Below the pieces are notes generated by a model. It worked only from the letters and a program-made list of their open reading frames with translations. It did no database searches and was not told the origin of the DNA. From assembly GCF_031378165.1 (NCBI RefSeq), contig NZ_JANNDR010000585.1, positions 457-64,456 of the forward strand: 64,000 bases of DNA. Direction: 5' to 3'. The stretch comes from Chamaesiphon sp. OTE_75_metabat_556 (lineage in GTDB: Bacteria; Cyanobacteriota; Cyanobacteriia; Cyanobacteriales; Chamaesiphonaceae). This document shows, in pieces, positions 29,083-38,833 of the stretch (the first letter of the stretch is position 1; every line of letters begins with the position of its first letter). Made by a program: the position numbers and the translations under genes.

Positions 29083-31386
29083 ATGGATTTTGATTTTTCA
29101 AATGTGAACTTCTTGCCTGATGAGAATGGAAAGGGTTTCGATATTCTTGTTGCGTAACCTTATATCATTTCAATCATGCGGGCAGCATACACCTACTCTG
29201 GTACTGCTAAAAAGATGTTTGATGATTGGGGGAAAACAATCAACGTACATTTCAGCGAGGGTCAGTTTGGGGCTAAAGCAGGTACAGGTAATCTTTATAT
29301 AGATTTTGCACGTCTTAATGATTTGACTTACATCAATGATAAAGGTAAAGCAGTACCAGCCTCGGATCTTGGTTCCTTAATTCACGAACTCGTTCATGCA
29401 TTGACTGGAAGGACTGACAATATTAGTCCGACTGACTTTCAGGGGGAAACCGTTAGATTTACAAATACGATCTGGGCAGAAATGCAGCAAGGATATCCTT
29501 TTGAAATACCGAGATTTGCTAATTTAGATAAGCAGATTTCTTATACAGCATCAGCCTACAGCAGTCTTCAAAAGAGTGGTTATGATTATACAAATGACAC
29601 GTCGATCGATGCTGCCTACAATGTAGAATTTGGACGAGCTGCTGAGTTACCAAATGGTATGACTATGAATGCTTTCTTCAACCGAGGGACTGGTCTAACT
29701 GATAATGATTTCAGTTCTATTGCACTCGGCAACTCAAAGGATCTACTAATCGGCGGCTCGGCGAACAATAAGCTTTATTCTGGTGCTGGAAATGACTTTT
29801 TGTTCGGTAGTGGTGGGAATGACATATTAGATGGAGGTGCTGATAAAGATACCGCAGTCTACTTTGGGAATAAGAGTGACTATATAATCGCTCAAAATAA
29901 GGTAGATGGATCTTGGACAATTAGAAGTAAAAGCACCGAAACCGAGAGTGCTGGTACAGATAAGCTCACAAATATTGAGTACGCTCAGTTCGATGGCGGC
30001 TTGTTCAATCTAGGAAAGGAAACAGTCGAACTGAAAAAAAGTGGACTGACCTTTCAAAAAGATATCGCCCTAGTCTTCGACACCACGGGTAGCATAGTGG
30101 CTAATCAAGGCACGCAAAACATCGAATATTTAAAATTTCTCTCAAAAAATATCATCGCCGCAGCCTCTACTGATGGCAATGATGTTCGCGTGGGAATCGT
30201 TGAATTCAAAGATACCACCAATGGCGAATCATCGCGGGTAGTCCTCCCTTTCACAGACCAAGACGACTTGACAGAGCGACAGGCCGCTGTCGATGCAGTA
30301 TTCGATAACATGGCAGAAGGTAGCCTTAACTATTATGGTTATGACAAATATATCGATCCCGATAGGGCTAATGACCGCTGGACAAGCCCTTGGATATGGG
30401 GAATCAAAACAAATAGCAGCACAGCAACAAATAGCAGCACCTTCACAGGTGGCGGCGACAATGACGAAACACCTTTTGATGGTCTGATGCTCGCACTGAG
30501 CGACTCGATTGGCGAATGGCGGTATGGTGCAGGCACTCGCCAGATCGTATTATTCACAGATGCAGGTGCTAAGGATACGGCACTTGCTAGCAAAGTTACG
30601 ACGCTGGCTCATAGTATCGGAGCTGAAGCAGTCGGATATGTGCCTGGTTACATCACATCCTCAGACACATCGATCGACACCTTTAACCTGAAATTCAATA
30701 GCAATCTCAGTTCGAGCACTTCAGCAACAGCAAACAACACGATCGATATCGACTCCACTGCCGCAGAAGTGCAGATCTTTATCGTATATCTCGGTACATC
30801 CGGCACCGATACGACCGATTATTCATTACTGGCTAACGATAATGGTGGTGCTGTCCTGAATAATCCGACTACCACCGAACTCGTCAGCAAACTATTTACA
30901 CCAAATCCTAATACTGTCATCAACGGCACCGCGAATGTCGATACTCTCATCGGTACGGATGGTAACGATACCCTCTATGGACTTGCGGGCAACGACACTA
31001 TTTATGGCGGCACTGGCGACGACATTATTTATGGTGGGGCGGGAGTAGATAGCCTATTTAGTGGTGCTGGGAATGATATTTTTAGGTTCAATCGATCGAC
31101 TGACGGTATCGACAAGATTCATGATTTTGTAACTGGGTCAGATCGGATCGAGATCGCTAGTGCTGGATTTGGTGGCTCTAGTGTGGTGGGAAATGCTGGG
31201 GTATTAGATGCTTCAATGTTCAGCTTAGGCTCATCAGCAACCACCAGTAGCCAAAGATTTATTTATAACGATACATCGGGGGGATTATTCTTCGATGCGG
31301 ATGGGATTGGCGGTATGGCTCAAGTCCGACTCGCTCAATTGGTTGGCAATCCGACTTTAAATAATGATAGTTTTCGGATTATTTGA
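29083..31386 (+). CDS. Secreted RTX Ca-binding protein with HExxH metalloprotease-like and vWA domains; in-frame TAA at codon 25 (possible pseudogene)
   Basis: AAGGAG RBS before ATG 29083, TAA 29155-29157, frame continues into the ORF at 29176; LIHELVHAL, FDTTGS MIDAS, GGxGxD repeats, FIY...G.LFFDADG tail. Confidence 0.75.
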
Positions 31387-31446
31387 GCGGGTGTCGCGAT
31401 CGAAATCACTACAGATATGCTAAGTATTTTTAGATGTAATCAAACA

Positions 31447-32067
31447 ATGAAAAATTCTCCTACTTCCCTTCAGAAAAGTTTTGTCAATGCGATGTTACTA
31501 GGAATGGCAACATCAACAGGAATGGTGCTAAATTCTGCTCCTGCACGCGGAGCCGATCTCTCTTTTACTGGAAATTTAGCCAATCCCAACGCTGTAGCAT
31601 TATTTGCATTTACAGCGGATGGAATCTCCAATGTGACGATCCAATCCTACAGTTGGGGTGGTGGTAACAATGCTGCTGGCACAAAGATCGCGGCTGGTGG
31701 TTTCGATCTGAATATGACCTTATTCGATGCGGCTGGTAATTGGTATGATGAACGGGACGATATTGGATTGGGAAACCTAGATTTTCAATTTAGTGAAGTT
31801 TTCCCCGCCGGAACCTATCAAGTAGCGATCTCCGCTTTTGGGAATAATTCGGCTGGGTTTGGTACTATTGCCACTCATTTTAGTGGGACTGGAGACTTTG
31901 ACAATCGAACTGCTGCATATGCTTTCGATATTCTTAATGCCAGTACAAATTCTACAGCCGTACCGGAACCAGCTAGTTTCATTGGTACTGCGCTAGCTGG
32001 ATTTGCAGTGGTAGGCATTAAACGTAAACTAACATCAGTTCGCGATCAGAATTTGTTCGATCGATAA
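31447..32067 (+). CDS. PEP-CTERM surface protein (DVUA0089-like domain)
   Basis: Signal peptide; GGFD..LTLFDAAG; C-terminal VPEP, transmembrane helix, KRK. Confidence 0.85.
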   Translation: MKNSPTSLQKSFVNAMLLGMATSTGMVLNSAPARGADLSFTGNLANPNAVALFAFTADGISNVTIQSYSWGGGNNAAGTKIAAGGFDLNMTLFDAAGNWYDERDDIGLGNLDFQFSEVFPAGTYQVAISAFGNNSAGFGTIATHFSGTGDFDNRTAAYAFDILNASTNSTAVPEPASFIGTALAGFAVVGIKRKLTSVRDQNLFDR

Positions 32068-32259
32068 CTCTAGCCTCTATTCGATCAGAGTTGATCGATT
32101 TTCCCGATCCCGTTGGCGCAGCCTCTCCCCCAGGAGAAATTCAGGTTACTCTAGAGATCGCCATCTCCTCTAAGTTCTGGCGTAAGTTATCCCGTGAAGA
32201 AATAATGCCCGAACGCTAAGATCGATCGCGATTCTCTATTATCTGCGCCCTAACTCCCA

Positions 32260-32523
32260 ATGGCAAAAAAACAGAAATTCCCTCACCTACTCGGCTCCAA
32301 GTGGACGGCTACCCAAAAAATGTGGGGCTGGCGACACTTTCAGGTCGTCAATCGCAAACATGACGGTAAATGGGTATTTGCCGAGATGGTTTCCTCCTGC
32401 GATCCTGATGTCCGATTTTGGATCAATGCTCAGGCTCTTAAAGATCTCACTCAGTGGAAACCAAGCTGGCAATCGCTCGATGAAATGGCACTAGAAAAAG
32501 ATGAATTGGTCTTCTTCGAGTAA
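32260..32523 (+). CDS. TIGR02450 family Trp-rich protein
   Basis: LGSKWTA...WGWRHFQVV...RFWINA..LK...W. Confidence 0.85.
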   Translation: MAKKQKFPHLLGSKWTATQKMWGWRHFQVVNRKHDGKWVFAEMVSSCDPDVRFWINAQALKDLTQWKPSWQSLDEMALEKDELVFFE

Positions 32524-32715
32524 GATTGATGTTGTCAGAGATTTCAACCGCGAACATCACTCACGCTAGCGATCGTCGATCGATTAAGTTAGTTAGCATA
32601 AATATTTACCAGTTCGATAATATCTGCAACCTAGATGCTGGGTAACATTCAACAGCCAGATCTACTAAGTTGCTGGTCATCTTCACTATCAACTATCAAC
32701 TATCAACTAATCTAA

Positions 32716-33294
32716 ATGTTTCGTCTCTCCAGTCAAATCGAAGCGATCTTGTATCTCAAGGGACAACCCCTGGATTTAGCGGCCATCGCCGAATGTGCGG
32801 GCTGCGATCGAGATGCAGCCGAAACAGCGATGATTGAATTGATGGACGACTACAATCATCGCGATAGTGCCCTCGAAGTAGTTGAAACGCCAACTGGTTA
32901 TACATTACAACTGCGATCGTCTTTTCAAACGCTGATCGATAAAATGATTCCTCCCGAAATCGGGACGGGTGCGCTGCGCACGCTGGCGGCGATCGCCATC
33001 AAAGGGTCGATTTCCCAAACCGATCTAGTAGAATTGAGAGGCAGTGGTGCTTATCAGCACGTCCAAGAACTAGTCGAAGTCGGCTTCGTGCGCAAACGCC
33101 GACAAGTAGGCAGTCGCTCTTCATTATTGCAAGTCACCGACAAATTTCACCGGACTTACGAACTTAAAGATCTCCCCATTCAGCAGCTAGTCGCCGCAGC
33201 CACTAGCGAGCCAGAAGTAGCCGAACAGCTCGAAATTGCCACCATCTTAAATCGGGAAGAGCATGGGGTGGATTCCACTACTGAGCCAGCATAA
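32716..33294 (+). CDS. scpB: SMC-Scp complex subunit ScpB
   Basis: IEAILY, GYTLQL, ALRTLAAIA.K..ISQ..LVELRG, TDKF. Confidence 0.92.
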   Translation: MFRLSSQIEAILYLKGQPLDLAAIAECAGCDRDAAETAMIELMDDYNHRDSALEVVETPTGYTLQLRSSFQTLIDKMIPPEIGTGALRTLAAIAIKGSISQTDLVELRGSGAYQHVQELVEVGFVRKRRQVGSRSSLLQVTDKFHRTYELKDLPIQQLVAAATSEPEVAEQLEIATILNREEHGVDSTTEPA

Positions 33295-33508
33295 TCGCGC
33301 TCGTCCCAATCTTGGCTAGGTTGTCTTTTCCTCAACTTTCAATGCGAAATTTAGCTCGATCGATGCGGATAACCGTTCTGCGGGCATAATAACAGCAGTA
33401 ACCCAGCCGCTGCGATTCGATCAATAACACAGTATCATGTTCTATATCGAGTCAATCGCTCACCGCCGACTAAATCATCACCTCGATCCATCTAACTATT
33501 AAGTCATA

Positions 33509-33862
33509 ATGGCATTTAATCCTGATTTTCTGGAACGCAAATCTGAAGATGCTCAGGTCAACCAATTGCTGAAGTACCTTCAACATCAATCCCCAGAAGT
33601 CTTAGCTCAAATTGCTAAGGCGACAACTCCCCAGGTCAAAGATATTATCACCCACAACATTCAAGGTTTGCTCGGAATGTTGCCCAATGAGGGCTTTAGT
33701 GTCCAAGTCAACACAGATCGCGACAATCTCGCCAATCTCCTCGGTTCGGCGATGATGACTGGTTACTTCTTGCGGCAAATGGAACAGCGCATGGAACTCG
33801 AAGACATGCTCACTGGTTCGAGTTCGATTTCTGGTGATATCTCTGGGGACAGTCGCGAGTAA
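33509..33862 (+). CDS. DUF760 domain protein
   Basis: NQLLKYLQHQSPE ... HNIQGLLGMLP ... SAMMTGYFLRQMEQRMELE. Confidence 0.88.
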   Translation: MAFNPDFLERKSEDAQVNQLLKYLQHQSPEVLAQIAKATTPQVKDIITHNIQGLLGMLPNEGFSVQVNTDRDNLANLLGSAMMTGYFLRQMEQRMELEDMLTGSSSISGDISGDSRE

Positions 33863-33967
33863 AACTCCGATTTGCGATCGTCAGCAGGTCAGGTTTACTC
33901 CTGAATAAAATCGAGACTCACGACATCGATGCCACCACCATCAGATTCACAGGTAGGTGGTTCTAGT

Positions 33968-35026
33968 TCAACTTCGCCAACTCAACACCTGTGACTTGAC
34001 CGGATTGATAAATTCCCGCTCTTCAGCTCTAGATTTGATAAATTCAGATCGAAGCTGGTAATACCACTTGGCTTGGGTGTCTGCATCCCTGATTAACATC
34101 AATGGTGGATTGTACTTTAATCCGATTTGTTGCTTCACCACCATCTCCCGATCCTGACCCAAAAACGTCCGGATGAACGGGATCAGTAGCGGTTGCAAGG
34201 GTTTGAACCAACCGATCGTTGTATAAAATAGCGTCGTGACTTCGGTTTCGGTTTCCGAAATCGGCGTAATTACTGTCATGTTGGCGACGCGACTGGTATT
34301 GGTCACAATTTGCTCGATCCGTACGCCTGGTAATGAGAAGGCAATTTCTACCTCCGCATCGCCGCCGATTAACTGATAGAAAAACGTCTGCCGTTCTAGG
34401 CGATGACGGCGCATCGTAAAGCCGTAGGGAGACGGATCGAAGGCTTTGATTTCTGGGGTGAGGATGGCATCAGTTCGCCACCACCAGGCGCGATGGACGA
34501 AGGGAACGTGGGAAGGGTCCATCAAGCCGACGACGGCATGATCGATAAAGCAGGGGAAGTTCATCGTCACGACCGCTTGGTAAGTATCCCCTTCAAACCC
34601 AGCCACCATCGGGACTTCATGAGTCGGCTCCACATCTCCCCGATCGCGATCTGACATATAAATCCAGATATTCCCCTGGACTTCCCGCACTGGGTACCTG
34701 CGGACTTGGAACTTACTCAAGTCTAAATCTTGATTTTCATTCAGCGCGGGTATCAGCGTACATGTGCCGGTGCGATCGAATCGCCAGCCATGATAAGCAC
34801 ATTCAATCTCATCCCCATGAAGCCGTCCACAACTCAAGGGGACTGCCCGATGGGGACAGATATCACGCAGGGCAAAGACTTCACCACCCTGAGTGCGTCC
34901 GAAGACAACTGGTTCGCCGAGTAATTGTTTGGCAAACATCTGTCCGGCTTTGAGTTGTCTGCCAGGGATTGCATAGTACCAAATATTGCGGAGAAAAGTT
35001 TGTTTCTGGTCGATCGATAGTGTCAT
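33968..35026 (-). CDS. Rieske aromatic ring-hydroxylating oxygenase alpha subunit
   Basis: CPHR...CAYHGW Rieske ligands; DPSHVPFVH mononuclear iron site. Confidence 0.9.
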   Translation of the reverse strand: MTLSIDQKQTFLRNIWYYAIPGRQLKAGQMFAKQLLGEPVVFGRTQGGEVFALRDICPHRAVPLSCGRLHGDEIECAYHGWRFDRTGTCTLIPALNENQDLDLSKFQVRRYPVREVQGNIWIYMSDRDRGDVEPTHEVPMVAGFEGDTYQAVVTMNFPCFIDHAVVGLMDPSHVPFVHRAWWWRTDAILTPEIKAFDPSPYGFTMRRHRLERQTFFYQLIGGDAEVEIAFSLPGVRIEQIVTNTSRVANMTVITPISETETEVTTLFYTTIGWFKPLQPLLIPFIRTFLGQDREMVVKQQIGLKYNPPLMLIRDADTQAKWYYQLRSEFIKSRAEEREFINPVKSQVLSWRS

Positions 35027-35122
35027 CTTTAGTCAACAGCAATTCGATGATTTGGTTTAAGAGCGGCAAGTTGCGTCTCTTAAAAGTCTATATTATAAAG
35101 GTTTGTCAGCAGCACCAAGTTC

Positions 35123-35938
35123 ATGAGCGGTACATACAAAGCGACAGGGATTAATCTCAAAGCAATTCCGATCGGTGAAAATGATCGATTGGTGACGATC
35201 CTCACCCGCGAACATGGTTTAATCAAAGCGATCGCCCCTGGTGCGCGCAAGTCGAAATCGAGTCTCGGCGGACGCTGTACGTTGTTTATGGTGAATGACT
35301 TATTAATTGCTAAAGGTCGATCTCTCGACACAATTACCCAAGCCCAGACAACGATTTCCTATCGGAAATTAATCGACGATTTGGGTAAACTCGCGGCCAG
35401 TCAGTACCTAGCCGAAATCGTCTTGGCACAAGCCTTGAGCGAGCGTCCGCAAGAAGAATTGTATCAATTACTGTTGCTGCATTTGGGCAGATTAAATAGC
35501 CTCGATCGCGGTGACAATACCGGATCGATCGCCCATTTGTGTCAAGGTATTTTTCACCTACTCGCACTCGATGGGATCGCTCCCCAGGTCTATGATTGCT
35601 GCGTAACCAGACAATCGATCGAGCCAAATTTCACGACGATTAACTGGCAAATCGGCTTTAGTATCGAAGCTGGTAGCACTGTCGAATTAGGTGTCGTCAC
35701 TGACGATCCGAGTGTGGCTGTTAATTATCGCCTCACCGCCTTAGATTTACTCTGCTTTCAGCATCTCTCCGATCCGAACCTCGACAGGCTGGATCTGGCG
35801 ATCGACAAATTTTCCCTCGATACCATCTCCGATCTGGCAATCGCTGGCGTCTGGCGGCGGATCGAGCGGATCTTGCGTCAATACATCCACTACCACCTCA
35901 ACATTCAGATCAAATCCGCTGCGCTCATCGATTTATAA
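35123..35938 (+). CDS. recO: DNA repair protein RecO
   Basis: YKATGINLK...GENDRLVTILTREHGLIKAIAPGARK. Confidence 0.92.
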   Translation: MSGTYKATGINLKAIPIGENDRLVTILTREHGLIKAIAPGARKSKSSLGGRCTLFMVNDLLIAKGRSLDTITQAQTTISYRKLIDDLGKLAASQYLAEIVLAQALSERPQEELYQLLLLHLGRLNSLDRGDNTGSIAHLCQGIFHLLALDGIAPQVYDCCVTRQSIEPNFTTINWQIGFSIEAGSTVELGVVTDDPSVAVNYRLTALDLLCFQHLSDPNLDRLDLAIDKFSLDTISDLAIAGVWRRIERILRQYIHYHLNIQIKSAALIDL

Positions 35939-36280
35939 TAGCCAATCCCCTAGTCCCCCAGTCCCCTAGAAACCCGCTACACTAAGAGCTGTCAAATTAA
36001 ATCGAGGTGCGGCTTTCACCCTCGCCATAAATGAAGTATCGACTTAATATAGGTGGGGATAATACTACTTCCTAATTCACCAGCTAGCATCAGATCGAAC
36101 TGCAAGTGAGTCTCTGCCTGTCGAGTCTCACCGAATCCCTTTAAAATAGAAGATATTTAACCCGTTAGCATGAAGATCGAACTGCCATACCTTGAGCAGA
36201 TCCAGTCCCAGCGCAAATTGGATTTTTTTTAACATCAAACTTTAATTTCAGCGGTTATCACAGCCCTACCACATTATTCA

Positions 36281-37696
36281 ATGCGACTATCTGATTTTGA
36301 CAACAAAGTACCAGAACACGAACCTACCGACCTCACGGCCGATCGGCAAGAGAGTGCGGCAGTGCCAGCCGATCCGGTAGCCGTCAACGCGCAAACTGAT
36401 GTGGTAGATAAAGCTGAAGTCCCGCAACCAGGATTCTTGGCAGTTCTCAAAAATCGCAATTTTGTCACCTTGTGGAGTGGTCAAATCTTTTCCCAGCTAG
36501 CAGACAAAGTTTATCTGGTCTTGATGATTGCGATCATTGAAAGTCAATTTCAATCGGAAAATCAGAGCATCAGTGGTTGGGTATCGGCGATTACGATCGC
36601 TAATACGATTCCAGCCGTGCTATTTGGCTCTCTAGCGGGGATATTTGTTGATCGCTGGCACAAAAAAGAAGTTTTAGTAATTACCAACCTCCTGCGGGGC
36701 GGATTGGTGCTGCTGGTGCCATTTTTACTATGGCTGACTAGAGGGCAAGTTGTGGCAAATTTACCTTTTGGGTTTGAGATTCTGTTAGTTATCACTTTTG
36801 CAGTATCTACCCTCGGTCAATTTTTTGCTCCCGCCGAGCAATCGGCGATTTCGATGATTGTCGATAAGCCCAATTTACTCTCGGCAAATTCGCTCTACAC
36901 GACCACGGCGATGGGTTCGCTGATTGTCGGATTTGCGATCGGTGACCCAATTCTCGCTCTAGCAGATAGTTTGGGCGCAAGTATCGGCTTGGGAGTAAAT
37001 ATCGGTAAAGAATTATTGGTCGGAGCTAGTTATACACTGGCGGGGATTTTACTCCTGGTTATCCGTACGGGCGAAACCAAGCAAATCCCGACTGGATCTG
37101 AGCCGCATATCTTAGCCGATCTCAAAGATGGAGTTCGCTATCTAGGCGAAAATAGACAGATCAAAGGCGCACTGATTCAACTAGTAATTTTACAATCAGT
37201 AATTGCTTCGATGACGGTGGTTGCGGTCCGAATGGCTGAATTATTACCCGAAATCAAAGCTTCTCAATTTGGATTTCTGCTAGCTGCTGGGGGCGTTGGG
37301 ATGGCATTGGGAGCGGTGTGTTTGGGTTATCTCGATCGCAAATTGTCCCGCGCCCAATTGAGTTTGTATGGTTCGATCGGGGTGGCGGCCTCACTAATTG
37401 GGTTATCATTTTCCAACACCCTCTGGTTGAGTCTAGTCTGCTTGGTCGGTATGGGCGTATTTAGTGCGGGTGTCTTGATTCCGATGCAGACGACAATCCA
37501 AAGCGAAACTCCAGAAGAAATGCGCGGCAAAGTGTTCGGACTCCAAAATAATGCGATTAATATCGCCCTGAGTCTACCGCTAGCACTAACTGGCATCGCC
37601 GAAACCGCTCTCGGCGTCCCCACTGTCTTACTATGTCTAGCGACAATCTCCGCCGTTGGCGGCATCTTTACTCAGCAGTATAATTCGGCAGATTAG
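36281..37696 (+). CDS. MFS transporter
   Basis: About 12 transmembrane helices, AGIFVDRW.KK motif A, RGKVFG. Confidence 0.9.
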   Translation: MRLSDFDNKVPEHEPTDLTADRQESAAVPADPVAVNAQTDVVDKAEVPQPGFLAVLKNRNFVTLWSGQIFSQLADKVYLVLMIAIIESQFQSENQSISGWVSAITIANTIPAVLFGSLAGIFVDRWHKKEVLVITNLLRGGLVLLVPFLLWLTRGQVVANLPFGFEILLVITFAVSTLGQFFAPAEQSAISMIVDKPNLLSANSLYTTTAMGSLIVGFAIGDPILALADSLGASIGLGVNIGKELLVGASYTLAGILLLVIRTGETKQIPTGSEPHILADLKDGVRYLGENRQIKGALIQLVILQSVIASMTVVAVRMAELLPEIKASQFGFLLAAGGVGMALGAVCLGYLDRKLSRAQLSLYGSIGVAASLIGLSFSNTLWLSLVCLVGMGVFSAGVLIPMQTTIQSETPEEMRGKVFGLQNNAINIALSLPLALTGIAETALGVPTVLLCLATISAVGGIFTQQYNSAD

Positions 37697-37914
37697 TGGA
37701 TAGTGAATAGTGGATAGTGGATAGTGAAAAGAACAGTCTTTTCGATCGAGACTCAAACCCATTCAAAGTAGATCGTCGATAGCGATCGAACAGTTTATCC
37801 TTTCCTGTAAAGCCTAGATACTTAAAAGCAATCTCAAACACCATCCACCATCCACTATCCACCATCCACCATCCACTATCCACTATCCACTATCCACTAT
37901 TCACTATTCACCAC
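37694..37914. repeat. Two STRR heptamer arrays in inverted orientation
   Basis: (GRATAGT)n at 37694-37727 and (CCACYAT)n at 37840-37914. Confidence 0.85.
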
Positions 37915-37917
37915 TCG

Positions 37918-38694
37918 ATGGAACCAATCATTCAGCTACGTGGAGTCTCCAAAGCATTTGGTAACAACGTGATTTTAGACGGGATGGATCTCAATATTTA
38001 TCCTGGGCAAGGTTTGGGCATTATCGGGCCATCAGGAACGGGTAAATCCACGATTCTACGCATCATTGCGGGACTACTCGCTCCTGATGAAGGTGAAGTA
38101 TGGATTCGGGGACAACAGCGGCATGGATTGATTGAAGATGGTAACGACCCGATTTATATCGGGATGGTGTTTCAACAAGCCGCTTTGTTTGATTCGCTGA
38201 CTGTCGAGGAAAATGTGGGTTTTCGGTTGTTTCAACAGTCCCGCATCAATCGCAAGCAAATTCGGGAGCTAGTCGAAATTAAATTAGCGATGGTCGGGAT
38301 GGCTGATGTGGCCGATCGATATCCCGCCCAATTATCCGGCGGGATGCGTAAACGGGTGAGCTTTGCCCGCGCCATTATGTCCAATCCCGATCGACCCGAA
38401 GACAATCCCGAAGTCTTGTTATACGATGAGCCAACCGCTGGACTAGACCCGATCGCATCTACAGTCATCGAGGATTTGGTACGGGATCTCCAATCTAAAG
38501 CTGGCAGCAGTACTTATGTGATGGTGACGCACCAGAACAGCACCATTCGCCGCACGACCGATCGAATTGTCTTTATTTATCAAGGGAAAGTGCAATGGGA
38601 TGGCAGCACCGCTGATATCGATACGACCGACAATCCCCTCATGCGCCAGTTTTTTAGTGCCAGCACCCACGGCCCGATTCACGTCATCGATTAG
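37918..38694 (+). CDS. ABC transporter ATP-binding protein, MlaF/TGD3 type
   Basis: GPSGTGKS, LSGGMRKRV, LYDEPTAGLDPIAS. Confidence 0.88.
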   Translation: MEPIIQLRGVSKAFGNNVILDGMDLNIYPGQGLGIIGPSGTGKSTILRIIAGLLAPDEGEVWIRGQQRHGLIEDGNDPIYIGMVFQQAALFDSLTVEENVGFRLFQQSRINRKQIRELVEIKLAMVGMADVADRYPAQLSGGMRKRVSFARAIMSNPDRPEDNPEVLLYDEPTAGLDPIASTVIEDLVRDLQSKAGSSTYVMVTHQNSTIRRTTDRIVFIYQGKVQWDGSTADIDTTDNPLMRQFFSASTHGPIHVID

Positions 38695-38833
38695 CGATCG
38701 AGCGGTTGTTACAATATACTCAACTCTATTCGTTCTGCTAGGAGTACTCGAGTCTACGCAGACAGCGATTGGACAGAAACCCAACTTCTTGAAGAAGTCG
38801 GGTTCCTATTCTACTATGAGTCGATCTCTACAG

